From positions 1 to 64,000 of the forward strand of contig CAXXYE010000007.1 of NCBI GenBank assembly GCA_963674865.2: a DNA stretch of 64,000 nucleotides. Direction: 5' to 3'. Source of the stretch: Candidatus Hydrogenedentota bacterium. GTDB lineage: Bacteria > Hydrogenedentota > Hydrogenedentia > Hydrogenedentales > SLHB01. The notes beneath the pieces were generated by a model, which saw only the letters and a program-made list of their open reading frames with translations, did no database searches and was not told where the DNA came from. Position numbers and translations under genes: made by a program. Numbering within the stretch: the first letter of the stretch is position 1; each line of letters starts with the position of its first letter. Shown piece by piece: positions 46,593 through 55,698 of the stretch.

Positions 46593-47456
46593 TTACCGGC
46601 TGACCAGCGTTCCCAGTCCTCTGTCGGTGAATATCTCCAGCAAGAGCGAATGGGGCACGCGTCCATCGATGATATGTGTCTTGTTGACTCCGTGTTCAAG
46701 CGCCTTCAGGCATGCTCCTATCTTAGGGATCATGCCGCCGGCGATCACGCCTTCGGCTTTGAGCGTGCCGACATCGGCCTGTCGAAGCTGGTGGATCAAC
46801 GTCTCGGGGTCCTTCGGGTCGCGCAGTAATCCCGGCGTATCGGTGAGAAAGACCAGCTTCTCCGCGCGGAGGGCGGCGGCCAATTCGCCGGCGGCCGTGT
46901 CGGCGTTGACGTTCCAGGAGCCCCCTTCCGGGTCAGTGGCGACGGGCGCAATGACGGGGATCAGGCCCGCATTACACAAGACATTCACCACCTTCGGCTC
47001 TACCCGGATGATCTCACCCACATGGCCCACGTCAAACCCATCCTCGAGTGCTATGCGCTTGGCGTGGAAAAGGTTCCCGTCCTTGCCGCAGATGCCGACG
47101 GCGGCGCCTCCCGCTAGATTCAGCAGACTGACAATGGCTTTGTTGACCCGGCCGGCCAGCACCATTTCAACGACCTTGATCGTCTCGTCGTCCGTAATCC
47201 GCAGACCCTCATGGAAATCGCTCTTGATGCCGTGGCGTTCGAGCACCGCGCTAATGGCCGGGCCGCCCCCGTGTACCAGGACGGGATTCATGCCGACGTA
47301 CTTCATCAAGACAACGTCCTTGGCGGTACTTTCACGGAGTTTGGCGTCGACCATGGCACTGCCGCCGTACTTGATCACCACCGTCTTCCCCTCGAAATCG
47401 CGGATATAGGGGAGGGCTTCAATCAGTACCGATGCTTTGTGTATCAGTTCTTCCAT
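46593..47456 (-). CDS. argB: Acetylglutamate kinase
   Basis: EALPYI, IKYGGSAM, VHGGGP, GLRITD, NVNAD, GGMIPK. Confidence 0.95.
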   Translation of the reverse strand: MEELIHKASVLIEALPYIRDFEGKTVVIKYGGSAMVDAKLRESTAKDVVLMKYVGMNPVLVHGGGPAISAVLERHGIKSDFHEGLRITDDETIKVVEMVLAGRVNKAIVSLLNLAGGAAVGICGKDGNLFHAKRIALEDGFDVGHVGEIIRVEPKVVNVLCNAGLIPVIAPVATDPEGGSWNVNADTAAGELAAALRAEKLVFLTDTPGLLRDPKDPETLIHQLRQADVGTLKAEGVIAGGMIPKIGACLKALEHGVNKTHIIDGRVPHSLLLEIFTDRGLGTLVSR

Positions 47457-47636
47457 TGCTCATTCACTTCTCGTTGGGGTTCTCTCTGGAACCCCCTGGG
47501 CAACGTGCCTGCGGCGTGCCCATCGGCGCACGTCGAGGCTATGATAGCGTGATCCGGGCCGAGATGCACCCTTCCCCCACGACCGAGGCGTCCAGAACGA
47601 CAAGCCGGAGAGGCAAATTCGACCCATCGAGGTGCG

Positions 47637-48842
47637 TCAAGAACGGTAATCCGCGTTGATGCTGACGTAGTCGTGGCTCAGGTCCGATGTCCAGAAGATG
47701 GCCTTTCCCGGGCCTGTTCCTACCTCGACGCGTATCCGGAACGAGGGTTTCTGCATGATGGCCGCCGCATCGGCTTCGGCGTAATCGGCGGGCATCCCAC
47801 CGCGCACGAGTTGGAGATCGTCAATCCACAAGGCTAGGTCGGCAGGATCGAACGCAGGTCCCGCATATCCCGCTGCGCAGGCAAACCGGCCCCAGTTGGG
47901 ATCCTGCCCGAAGAAAGCGGTCTTGCAAAGCTGCGAGTGAGCGATGGCCCGGGCGATCGTCTTCGCGTCCTCGTCGGAAACGGCGCCGTTCACAGCGATT
48001 TCGACGAATTTTGTGGCGCCTTCGCCATCTTTGACGAGTTTATGGGCCATTTCGAGGCAGACAGCGGCAAGTCCTTCGCCAAAGGCATCGAATGCCGGAC
48101 TTCCCGGCAGCAATTTCCCTTGCGGCGAGAGGCCGTTTGCGAGGCAAAGAACGGTATCGCTTGTGCTCATGTCATTGTCCACGCAAATGCAGTTGAAAGA
48201 CGCCTCTACGGCGTGGCGCAACAGGCCGGACAACGGCTCCGCGTCGATCGCGGCGTCCGTCGTGATTACGCAGATCATAGTGGCCATATTCGGGGCGATC
48301 ATGCCGGAGCCTTTCGCAATGGCGCCGATGCGTATCGGACCTCCCTCAAGCGGTATCTCGACGGCCATCTCCTTGGGGACGGTGTCGGTGGTCATGATGG
48401 CTTGGGCCGCGTTTGCGCTTCCCTCGGCGGATAATCCGGCGAGGCACTGCTCGACGCCCTGTCTAATGCGTTCCATGGGCAGGGGCACACCGATGACGCC
48501 TGTGCTGCAAACGCACACTTCTTCCCGTTGAAGGCCTAATCCCGACGCCGTCCACGCGGCGGTTTCCTGGGCGTCGGCGAGTCCTTGACTGCCCGTTGCT
48601 GCATTGGCGTTGCCGCTGTTGATGAAGACGGCCCTGGCGAGGCCGCCGACGCACACGGCCTCGCTCCACTTCACCGGCGGCGCCTTCATGAGGTTCTTGG
48701 TGAAGGTTCCCGCCACGGCTGCCGGGGCGTCACTTGCCACCAAGGCGCAATCCTTTTTGGTAGAGCCGGGCTTGACGCCCGCGGCCACGCCGGAGGCCCG
48801 GAAACCTCTGGGCGCGCACACGCCCCTGCTGACGGCGTTCAC
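47637..48842 (-). CDS. argJ: Ornithine acetyltransferase / N-acetylglutamate synthase
   Basis: NSGNANA, STGVIG, IMTTDT, KGSGMIAPNMATM, DGEGATK, INADYRS; GTG start overlaps the argC stop. Confidence 0.95.
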   Translation of the reverse strand: MNAVSRGVCAPRGFRASGVAAGVKPGSTKKDCALVASDAPAAVAGTFTKNLMKAPPVKWSEAVCVGGLARAVFINSGNANAATGSQGLADAQETAAWTASGLGLQREEVCVCSTGVIGVPLPMERIRQGVEQCLAGLSAEGSANAAQAIMTTDTVPKEMAVEIPLEGGPIRIGAIAKGSGMIAPNMATMICVITTDAAIDAEPLSGLLRHAVEASFNCICVDNDMSTSDTVLCLANGLSPQGKLLPGSPAFDAFGEGLAAVCLEMAHKLVKDGEGATKFVEIAVNGAVSDEDAKTIARAIAHSQLCKTAFFGQDPNWGRFACAAGYAGPAFDPADLALWIDDLQLVRGGMPADYAEADAAAIMQKPSFRIRVEVGTGPGKAIFWTSDLSHDYVSINADYRS

Positions 48843-49849
48843 GGGACCATCCCCGCGAAGGTGAGTCCGGCAGTTTCTTCGAGTCCGAACATCACGTTCA
48901 TGCACTGCACGGCCATGCCGGCGGTGCCGCCGAGGAGATTGTCGATAGCACTGACGATGACGAGATTGCCCGTCCGCTCGTCCATGACCCAGCCGAAGTC
49001 GCAGAAATTGGAGCCTCGGACGTATTTCACTTCGGCCAGATTGCCTTCGCCAAGGACGCGCACGAAGGGCTCGCCCGCATAGCATTTGTAGAGCTGGTCT
49101 AGGTCGGGCCGGGTCTTCGTCCGCACGGTGATGGTGCTCAGAATGCCCCGCGTGTAAGGCCCGACGTGCGGCGTGAACTGTACAAGTGTCTTGCCGCCCA
49201 GTTCCTGCTCAATCTCGGGCGTGTGTTGATGCATGCCGATCTTGTATGCCTTGACGTTTTCGTTCATTTCGGGGAAGTGGAAAGCTTCGAGCAGCGCCCG
49301 GCCCGCACCGGACACGCCCGATACCGCGTCGATGACAATGGGCACTTCCGGAGCCGCGTCATTAACGATGGGGCGGAGAGGAACGAGCACGCTCATTACG
49401 TAGCAGCCGGGGGCTGCCACAAGCTGCGCGTCGCGCACCTGTTCCCGATAGAAGGGCAACATTCCGTAGACGGCCTCGGGCAGAAGCTCGGGCGCCGTAT
49501 GCTCTGTCTTGTAATACTTCGCGAACTCGGCGGTGTCTTTCAGCCGGAAATCAGGGCCCTGGTCGATCACCCTTGCGCCCGCGGCGCGAAGTTGGGCGAC
49601 GAGGGGCATGGACTTCGTCCCAGGCACACCGACAATTACCACATCGCATTTCTTGGCGAGCGCGTCCGGGTCGAAAGGCTCAAGGACTACATCGGTGAGT
49701 TTCCCGAAGGCAGGCAATGCTTCGTCGAGTCGCCTGGATTCTCCCAATTCCGCTGCCGCCACGAGTTCGGCTTGGGGGTGCATCATAATGAGCCGGACCA
49801 ATTCCCGTCCGGCGAAACCAATCGTTCCTACTGTGCCTACACGAATCAT
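48839..49849 (-). CDS. argC: N-acetyl-gamma-glutamyl-phosphate reductase
   Basis: PDFRL, APGCY, SGVSGAGR, HQHTPEIEQ, IDNL. Confidence 0.92.
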   Translation of the reverse strand: MIRVGTVGTIGFAGRELVRLIMMHPQAELVAAAELGESRRLDEALPAFGKLTDVVLEPFDPDALAKKCDVVIVGVPGTKSMPLVAQLRAAGARVIDQGPDFRLKDTAEFAKYYKTEHTAPELLPEAVYGMLPFYREQVRDAQLVAAPGCYVMSVLVPLRPIVNDAAPEVPIVIDAVSGVSGAGRALLEAFHFPEMNENVKAYKIGMHQHTPEIEQELGGKTLVQFTPHVGPYTRGILSTITVRTKTRPDLDQLYKCYAGEPFVRVLGEGNLAEVKYVRGSNFCDFGWVMDERTGNLVIVSAIDNLLGGTAGMAVQCMNVMFGLEETAGLTFAGMVP

Positions 49850-50117
49850 ATTTGTATCGCTCCGAAGGTGTTCTTGGGGCTGGCCGCGGGCGATAAAGCT
49901 GCGCCGCAACCAGTTAGCCTACAATGACTTCACGTCCAAAGCCCAGGTTGGGTAAGCGAATTATACGGCTTGTGCGGAAGGCCAATCAACCGATAGCAGG
50001 CCTCACATTCTCAGGGTTCTCGACGGCGTCGCTCTGCCGCGCGGCTGTTTCAACTTGTGGTCCCGCCCTGTTCGCTTATAATGGGTGCTCGGCATGCGCA
50101 CGCGGAGGGGACTTATT

Positions 50118-51047
50118 GTGAGAGTGCTGGTAAGCGGCTCGACGGGATTCATCGGAATGTCCCTGGTATCGTATCTCAAGGGACACGGAGCGCACGTCAC
50201 GCGCTTGGCGCGCTCCGCGGGAGACTCCGGCGACTCTGAGACCATATGGGATCCAGGTCGTGGCGCCATTGACCGAATCCAACTCGAAGGGTTTGATGCA
50301 GTGGTGCATCTAAGCGGCGAACGCCTCAGCGTTAGCCGCTGGTCGGCCGCGAAGAGGGCTCGCATTCGCGACAGCCGGGTGAACAGCACGGCCTTTCTCT
50401 GTGAGGCCCTTGCATCGCTCGAACATCCGCCTGCCGCGCTACTGTGTGCTTCGGCCATCGGATACTACGGAAGCCGGGGCGACGAGATGCTTACGGAGGA
50501 AAGCTCCCCGGGCGAAGGGTTTCTCGCGGAGGTATGCCAGGCTTGGGAGGCCGCGGCGGCGCCCGCCGTTGAGAGTTCGATCCGAGTGGCCCACCTGCGG
50601 TTCGGCTTGGTGCTGAGTCCGCGTGGCGGCGCACTGAAGGCAATGCTGACGCCTTTCAAGCTGGGCCTTGGCGGCGTCTTTGGGGACGGGCGCCAATACG
50701 TGGGCTGGATCGCTTTGGATGACGCCGTGGGCGCAGTTCACCATATTCTAATGCACGATGCACTGGCCGGGCCCATCAACGTCGTTGCTCCAAACCCGGT
50801 GACCAATCGCGAATTTGTGAAGGCATTGGGCCGAACGCTTCGGCGACCGACGCTGGTCGCGCTACCGTCAGCGGTTGTGCGCATGCTCTTGGGAGAGGCG
50901 GCGGAGGCGTTGCTGCTTGCCGGCACACGCGTGCAGTGTGCGAAGTTATCCGCTTCGGGCTATGTACACAAGCACCCGAAAATCGAGCCGGCTCTTCACT
51001 ACATGCTTGGTGTAGAAGGCGCCGCTGAGGCCTCTTCAAGGATGTGA
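50118..51047 (+). CDS. NAD-dependent epimerase-like oxidoreductase (YfcH/DUF1731 type)
   Basis: SGSTGFIG, SRVNST, ASAIGYYG, GLGG..GDGRQ..WI.LDD. Confidence 0.88.
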   Translation: MRVLVSGSTGFIGMSLVSYLKGHGAHVTRLARSAGDSGDSETIWDPGRGAIDRIQLEGFDAVVHLSGERLSVSRWSAAKRARIRDSRVNSTAFLCEALASLEHPPAALLCASAIGYYGSRGDEMLTEESSPGEGFLAEVCQAWEAAAAPAVESSIRVAHLRFGLVLSPRGGALKAMLTPFKLGLGGVFGDGRQYVGWIALDDAVGAVHHILMHDALAGPINVVAPNPVTNREFVKALGRTLRRPTLVALPSAVVRMLLGEAAEALLLAGTRVQCAKLSASGYVHKHPKIEPALHYMLGVEGAAEASSRM

Positions 51048-51071
51048 CAAGACAGAGAGGAGGAGACAGGT

Positions 51072-52973
51072 ATGAGATGTCTGCTGTTGGGCGCGTGCTG
51101 CGTGCTGTGCCTGGGGTTGGCCGACGCGGCAGATGAGGGAGCAGGTGGCACCGACGTGTCGCTAGAACCTGCGATCTCTGATGCGCTACCATCTCCGCCC
51201 GAAGGGCGAGCCGATTTGGACAGCGAGCGTTACGAGGAGGAGACGGAACCGATGCCGACAGATATCCCGCGTCCCGAACACCCCCGTCCGGATTTCGAGC
51301 GTGCGGACTGGCTCAACTTGAACGGAGAGTGGGAATTCGAGATAGACGCAGGCGATTCCGGACAAGCCCGTGGCCTCAACCACGACAAGAAACTGGCCGC
51401 CACTATTGTCGTGCCGTTCTGTCCGGAGAGCCCTTTGAGCGGCGTCGGACATCTCGACTTCATGACGGCTGTATGGTATCGCAGGCAAGTCACGCTGCCG
51501 CGTTCTTGGAAGGGCCGCCGGGTGTTGCTTCATTTCGGCGCAGTCGACTATGAGGCCACGGTTTGGGTAAACGGGACGGAGTTGGGGCGGCATCTCGGCG
51601 GCTATGTGCCGTTTTCCTTCGACATTGCCGATGCACTGAAGCCGGGCAAGAACGAGATCGTGGTACGCGCCAGGGATGATGTGCGCTCGCGGCTTCAGCC
51701 CTCTGGTAAACAATCGCACGAATACCATTCTCGCGGGTGTCACTATCGCAGGACGACGGGCATCTGGCAGACCGTCTGGCTCGAGGCTGTTGGGGAGACG
51801 TATCTCGAGCGCGCATCCATCACACCGGACCTCAACACAGGCCGTGTGTTTGTGCAGGCCGATGTGAAAGGCCCGCGGGCGACACTCGAGGTCATCGTCA
51901 AAGCCGGGGGCAAGGTTGTTGCAACGGCGAGCGCCCCTGCCACGTGGCGCTCCACGGCAGTCTTCTTAGATGTTCCGGATGTACGCCCCTGGTCGCCTGA
52001 GGAGCCGTACTTGTACGACCTGAAGCTTACCGTGTCCCGCGACGGCGAGGTGTTGGATCGCGTGTCGAGCTACTGCGGCTTCCGTCAGGTACACATCGAG
52101 AAGAACCGATTCTATCTGAACGACAAGGTGTTGTTTCAGCGCTTGGTGCTTGACCAGGGCTTTTATCCGGACGGGATCTACACCGCCCGCACCGACCGGG
52201 CGCTCAAGAAAGACGTTGAGCTGTCCATCGCGATGGGTTTCAATGGGGCGCGACTCCACGAGAAAGTGTTTGAGCCGCGTTTTCTCTATTGGGCTGACAA
52301 GCTTGGCTACCTGTGCTGGGACGAGTTCCCAAACTGGGGGCTAGACCACTGCAATGCCGAAGCCATGGAGAATCTGCTGGCTGAATGGGTCGCGGTAGTC
52401 CAACGTGATAGGAACCATCCGTGCATCGTGGGTTGGTGTCCAACCAATGAGACGCCGGATATCCAGCGACGTGAGTCGATTGCCCTCCTCTACGAGACGA
52501 CAAGGGCCATAGACCCGACGCGCCCCATCATCGATACGAGCGGATATACCCACGTGGTTACCGACGTGGATGATAACCACGACTACACGCAGGATCCCGC
52601 TACGTTCAAGCAGCGACAGGACCCGCTTCAGGACGGGAAGCCTTTCAGAAACCACTCTAACGACGCACCTTACCGGGGCCAGCCGTTCATTTGCAGTGAG
52701 TACGGCGGCATATGGTGGGATCCCGGGCAGAGAAACAAGGAGGGGTGGGGGTATGGCGATCGGCCCACAAGCGAGGCGGCGTTCCTGGAGCGATTCCGGG
52801 GCTTGACGGAAGCGCTGTTGAATAATCCTGCCATGTCGGGGCTGTGCTACACGCAACTGACGGATGTTGAACAAGAAGTCAATGGCCTGTATACATTTGA
52901 ACGCCGTGCCAAGTTTAGTCCGGAGGCGATTGCGGCCGTGTTGCGGCAAGCCGCCGCTATAGAGCGGGAGTGA
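51072..52973 (+). CDS. Family 2 glycoside hydrolase (second in-frame start at 51252)
   Basis: PRPEHPRPDF, LHFGAVDY, GIWQTVWLE, LDQGFYPDG, NHPCIVGW..TNE, SEYGG, YTQLTDVEQEVNG. Confidence 0.92.
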   Translation: MRCLLLGACCVLCLGLADAADEGAGGTDVSLEPAISDALPSPPEGRADLDSERYEEETEPMPTDIPRPEHPRPDFERADWLNLNGEWEFEIDAGDSGQARGLNHDKKLAATIVVPFCPESPLSGVGHLDFMTAVWYRRQVTLPRSWKGRRVLLHFGAVDYEATVWVNGTELGRHLGGYVPFSFDIADALKPGKNEIVVRARDDVRSRLQPSGKQSHEYHSRGCHYRRTTGIWQTVWLEAVGETYLERASITPDLNTGRVFVQADVKGPRATLEVIVKAGGKVVATASAPATWRSTAVFLDVPDVRPWSPEEPYLYDLKLTVSRDGEVLDRVSSYCGFRQVHIEKNRFYLNDKVLFQRLVLDQGFYPDGIYTARTDRALKKDVELSIAMGFNGARLHEKVFEPRFLYWADKLGYLCWDEFPNWGLDHCNAEAMENLLAEWVAVVQRDRNHPCIVGWCPTNETPDIQRRESIALLYETTRAIDPTRPIIDTSGYTHVVTDVDDNHDYTQDPATFKQRQDPLQDGKPFRNHSNDAPYRGQPFICSEYGGIWWDPGQRNKEGWGYGDRPTSEAAFLERFRGLTEALLNNPAMSGLCYTQLTDVEQEVNGLYTFERRAKFSPEAIAAVLRQAAAIERE

Positions 52974-53019
52974 GAGCTTGAGAGCCCATCCCGCTCGAAA
53001 TCGCTTGCAAAGAAGACCA

Positions 53020-53048
53020 TTGACAACCTATACTTAGTTTGGCATTTT
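53020..53048 (+). promoter_or_regulatory. Possible sigma-70 promoter for pilC/gspF
   Basis: Perfect TTGACA, 17-nt spacer, weak extended -10 (TGG-CATTTT). Confidence 0.35.
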
Positions 53049-53076
53049 GCGATGGGGAAACGGGAGGAATCAGACG

Positions 53077-54297
53077 ATGCCGACATTCACGTACACGGCA
53101 CGTGGTCGGGACGGGGCGCGACAGAAGGGCTCGCTCGAAGCGGACAGCCGCCAGGCGCTTATCCAGATTCTGCAGGCACGTGGTCTGACGCCGGACCGTG
53201 TGGTTGAAAGCGCTGCTGCCCAAGCGAGCCTCCTTGCTCGCCTCGGATTTGGGAGGCGGGTTAAGCCTCAGGAAATCCTGATCTTTACGCGGCAGTTGTC
53301 CACAATTGTGAGTGCGGGCCTCCCGTTGCTCCAGGGCTTGGACATCCTTGCCGAGCAAACGGAGGACGTACACTTCGCGGGAGTCATCCAGGAGATTGCT
53401 CAGGACGTGGAGGCCGGTGAAACGTTCTCGGAGGCCCTGCGCAAGCATCCGGAAGGCTTCTCGGACCTTTATGTGAGTATGGTTCGAGCGGGCGAAGCGG
53501 GTGGCGATCTGGACGGTGTGCTGACGCAGTTGGCGGACTACCTGGAGGCTACCGAGGAACTGAAACGTCGCATCAGGGCGGCGATGACCTACCCGGTCGT
53601 GGCCTTCAGCATGATCATCTTGATCGCGACGGGACTGATCATCTGGGTCGTCCCTCAGTTTGAGGAGATCTTCTCGAGTTTCGGCAAGGGGCTGCCCCTT
53701 CCCACGCAGATTCTCATTCAAGTCAGCAATATTCTGCGAAGCTGGCGGATCTTCATCTTTATCGGTTTAGCTATTGCGGCCTTCATCTTCGTGCGGATCT
53801 ATGGCCGGACGGAGAACGGTCGGTACAATCTGGATAGGGTCAAGCTCCGGTTGCCGGTCTTTGGCAAGCTGCTGCGCAAGGTGGCCATCAGTCGGTTCAC
53901 TCGAACCTTGAGCACCCTGACGCGAAGCGGCGTCGCTATCCTGCAGGCGCTTGAGATTGTAGAGCGCACGGCGGGTAATGAGGTGTTTGCCCGCGCCGTA
54001 GCGTCGGCCGGTGAGAGCGTGCGCAATGGCGAGGCCCTTGCCGAGCCGCTGGCGCGCAGCGAAGAGTTCCCGGCGATGGTGACGCGGATGATCGGCGTGG
54101 GTGAGAAGACGGGTGCACTTGAGAGCATGCTCTCAAAGATCGCGGAGTTTTATGATTCCGAGGTGAAAGCATCGGTGGATGGCCTGACGGCAATGATCGA
54201 ACCCATCTTGATCATGATGATGGGTATTGTGGTCGGCAGCATCGTGATCGCGCTTTTCATGCCGATCCTCAAGCTGTCGGAATTGGTTCGCAAGTAG
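53077..54297 (+). CDS. pilC: Type IV pilus / type II secretion platform protein PilC/GspF
   Basis: FTRQLST, GEAGGDL, AMTYP, MIGVGEKTGAL, IEP, ALFMPI. Confidence 0.9.
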   Translation: MPTFTYTARGRDGARQKGSLEADSRQALIQILQARGLTPDRVVESAAAQASLLARLGFGRRVKPQEILIFTRQLSTIVSAGLPLLQGLDILAEQTEDVHFAGVIQEIAQDVEAGETFSEALRKHPEGFSDLYVSMVRAGEAGGDLDGVLTQLADYLEATEELKRRIRAAMTYPVVAFSMIILIATGLIIWVVPQFEEIFSSFGKGLPLPTQILIQVSNILRSWRIFIFIGLAIAAFIFVRIYGRTENGRYNLDRVKLRLPVFGKLLRKVAISRFTRTLSTLTRSGVAILQALEIVERTAGNEVFARAVASAGESVRNGEALAEPLARSEEFPAMVTRMIGVGEKTGALESMLSKIAEFYDSEVKASVDGLTAMIEPILIMMMGIVVGSIVIALFMPILKLSELVRK

Positions 54298-54429
54298 TTT
54301 TTGTGTACGCCGCCGGGTCGAACGTTCTGTTCGGCCCGGTGTTTTTTTGCGAAGCAGGCACGTCGGGTTGTACGTTCTCGCTCTGATTCCGCACGGGCCT
54401 CTTGGCGCAGGAGAGGGAGGCATCAGTCC

Positions 54430-55416
54430 ATGCCGAGGAAGGCCGCGGGCAAGCTCAGGAAGGCCAAGGTAGCGCTCATCGGGGCGGGGGGAATGGCGAA
54501 CCAGATGCACTATCCATCGCTCGCGGAGATGAGAGACGTCGAGCTCGTGGGTATCGCCGACCTTGTTGCTGAGAAGGCCAAGACCACGGCGGATAGCTTC
54601 GGCATCCGGCGCGTCTATACCGACTACCGGGCCATGCTGGATGAGACACGCCCCGCCGCAGTCTATGTCCTTATGCCGCCGCACCAACTCTTTGACGTGG
54701 CGGTGGATGTGATGGAGCGGAAGCACCATCTTTTCATCGAGAAGCCGCCCGGCCTGAACGCCTTTCAGAACCGCCAGCTCGCGCTGTGCGCCAAGCGAAA
54801 CAAGGTGTTGGCTATGTGCGGTTTCCAGCGGCGCTACGTGCCCGTCATCGAGACTCTTAGGCGAAGAATGCTGCGACGGGGGCCTTTGCACACCGTGGGG
54901 GTCACATTCGTCAAGTGCAGCTATCCCATGGGTGGGTATTACGGCGGCGCCATCGATATTCTCTCATGCGATGCCGTCCACGCCGTCGACACACTTCGGC
55001 ACTTGGCGGGGGGCGAGGTTGCCTCCGTCGCGAGCGATGTGCGGAACCTGGGCGCCGAGGATAATAACGCTTTCTACGCCATGGTGAAGTTCTCTAGCGG
55101 GGTGACGGGGATCTTGCAGACGAATTGGGCCTGTGGACGGCGTTTCTTCAACGTCGAGATGCACGGACAGGGCGTCTCGGCCTACGTGGAGCCGGATGTC
55201 TCCGGCATTCTCTATAGGGATGGGGACGTCGAGGGTGAGATGTTCGATCCGGGCGACTGCGCCGGGAACCAAGCCGACAGGCACCGGTTGGGCTTCTTTG
55301 CCGAGAATCGTCACTTCATTGACTGTGTCCGGTCGCGTAAGCAGCCGAAGAGCAGTCTTTCCGACACTGTGGCGACGATGACGCTCGTGGATCGTATATA
55401 CCACAGTCAGATCTGA
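54430..55416 (+). CDS. Gfo/Idh/MocA oxidoreductase
   Basis: IGAGGMA, IEKPP, GFQRRY, DAVH. Confidence 0.9.
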   Translation: MPRKAAGKLRKAKVALIGAGGMANQMHYPSLAEMRDVELVGIADLVAEKAKTTADSFGIRRVYTDYRAMLDETRPAAVYVLMPPHQLFDVAVDVMERKHHLFIEKPPGLNAFQNRQLALCAKRNKVLAMCGFQRRYVPVIETLRRRMLRRGPLHTVGVTFVKCSYPMGGYYGGAIDILSCDAVHAVDTLRHLAGGEVASVASDVRNLGAEDNNAFYAMVKFSSGVTGILQTNWACGRRFFNVEMHGQGVSAYVEPDVSGILYRDGDVEGEMFDPGDCAGNQADRHRLGFFAENRHFIDCVRSRKQPKSSLSDTVATMTLVDRIYHSQI

Positions 55417-55568
55417 CCTTCTTTGGCGCCTGGCCAAGGCAATGCCTGCTTCGTGTGAATGGCGCTGTCAGGCCGCTGTTGGGGGCTCGCCTAACCCATT
55501 AATATCAAATGTCTTGCCTTGGCCCATCTCATCCCTCTTGGCCGGGCTTTCACGCGTCCATCCCGTGC

Positions 55569-55596
55569 TAAAGGCGCCGAAGGTTTCTGCCGATAA
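55569..55596 (+). promoter_or_regulatory. Sigma-28 (FliA/SigD)-like promoter of fliD
   Basis: TAAA-N16-GCCGATAA about 100 nt upstream of fliD; exact -10 element, spacer one longer than the usual N15. Confidence 0.75.
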
Positions 55597-55698
55597 GTAC
55601 GAACAGGACGACGAGGATAATGGGCCTCGACGTGCGTGTTGGCTTAACGATGGGACGCTCCCGGTCCGAAACGACGGCGCGCCCAGGAGGAGCACAGA

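Noticed and set aside
49850..50110. ArgR (ARG box) operator upstream of argC
   Set aside because: No convincing TGAAT-N4-ATTCA palindrome pair.
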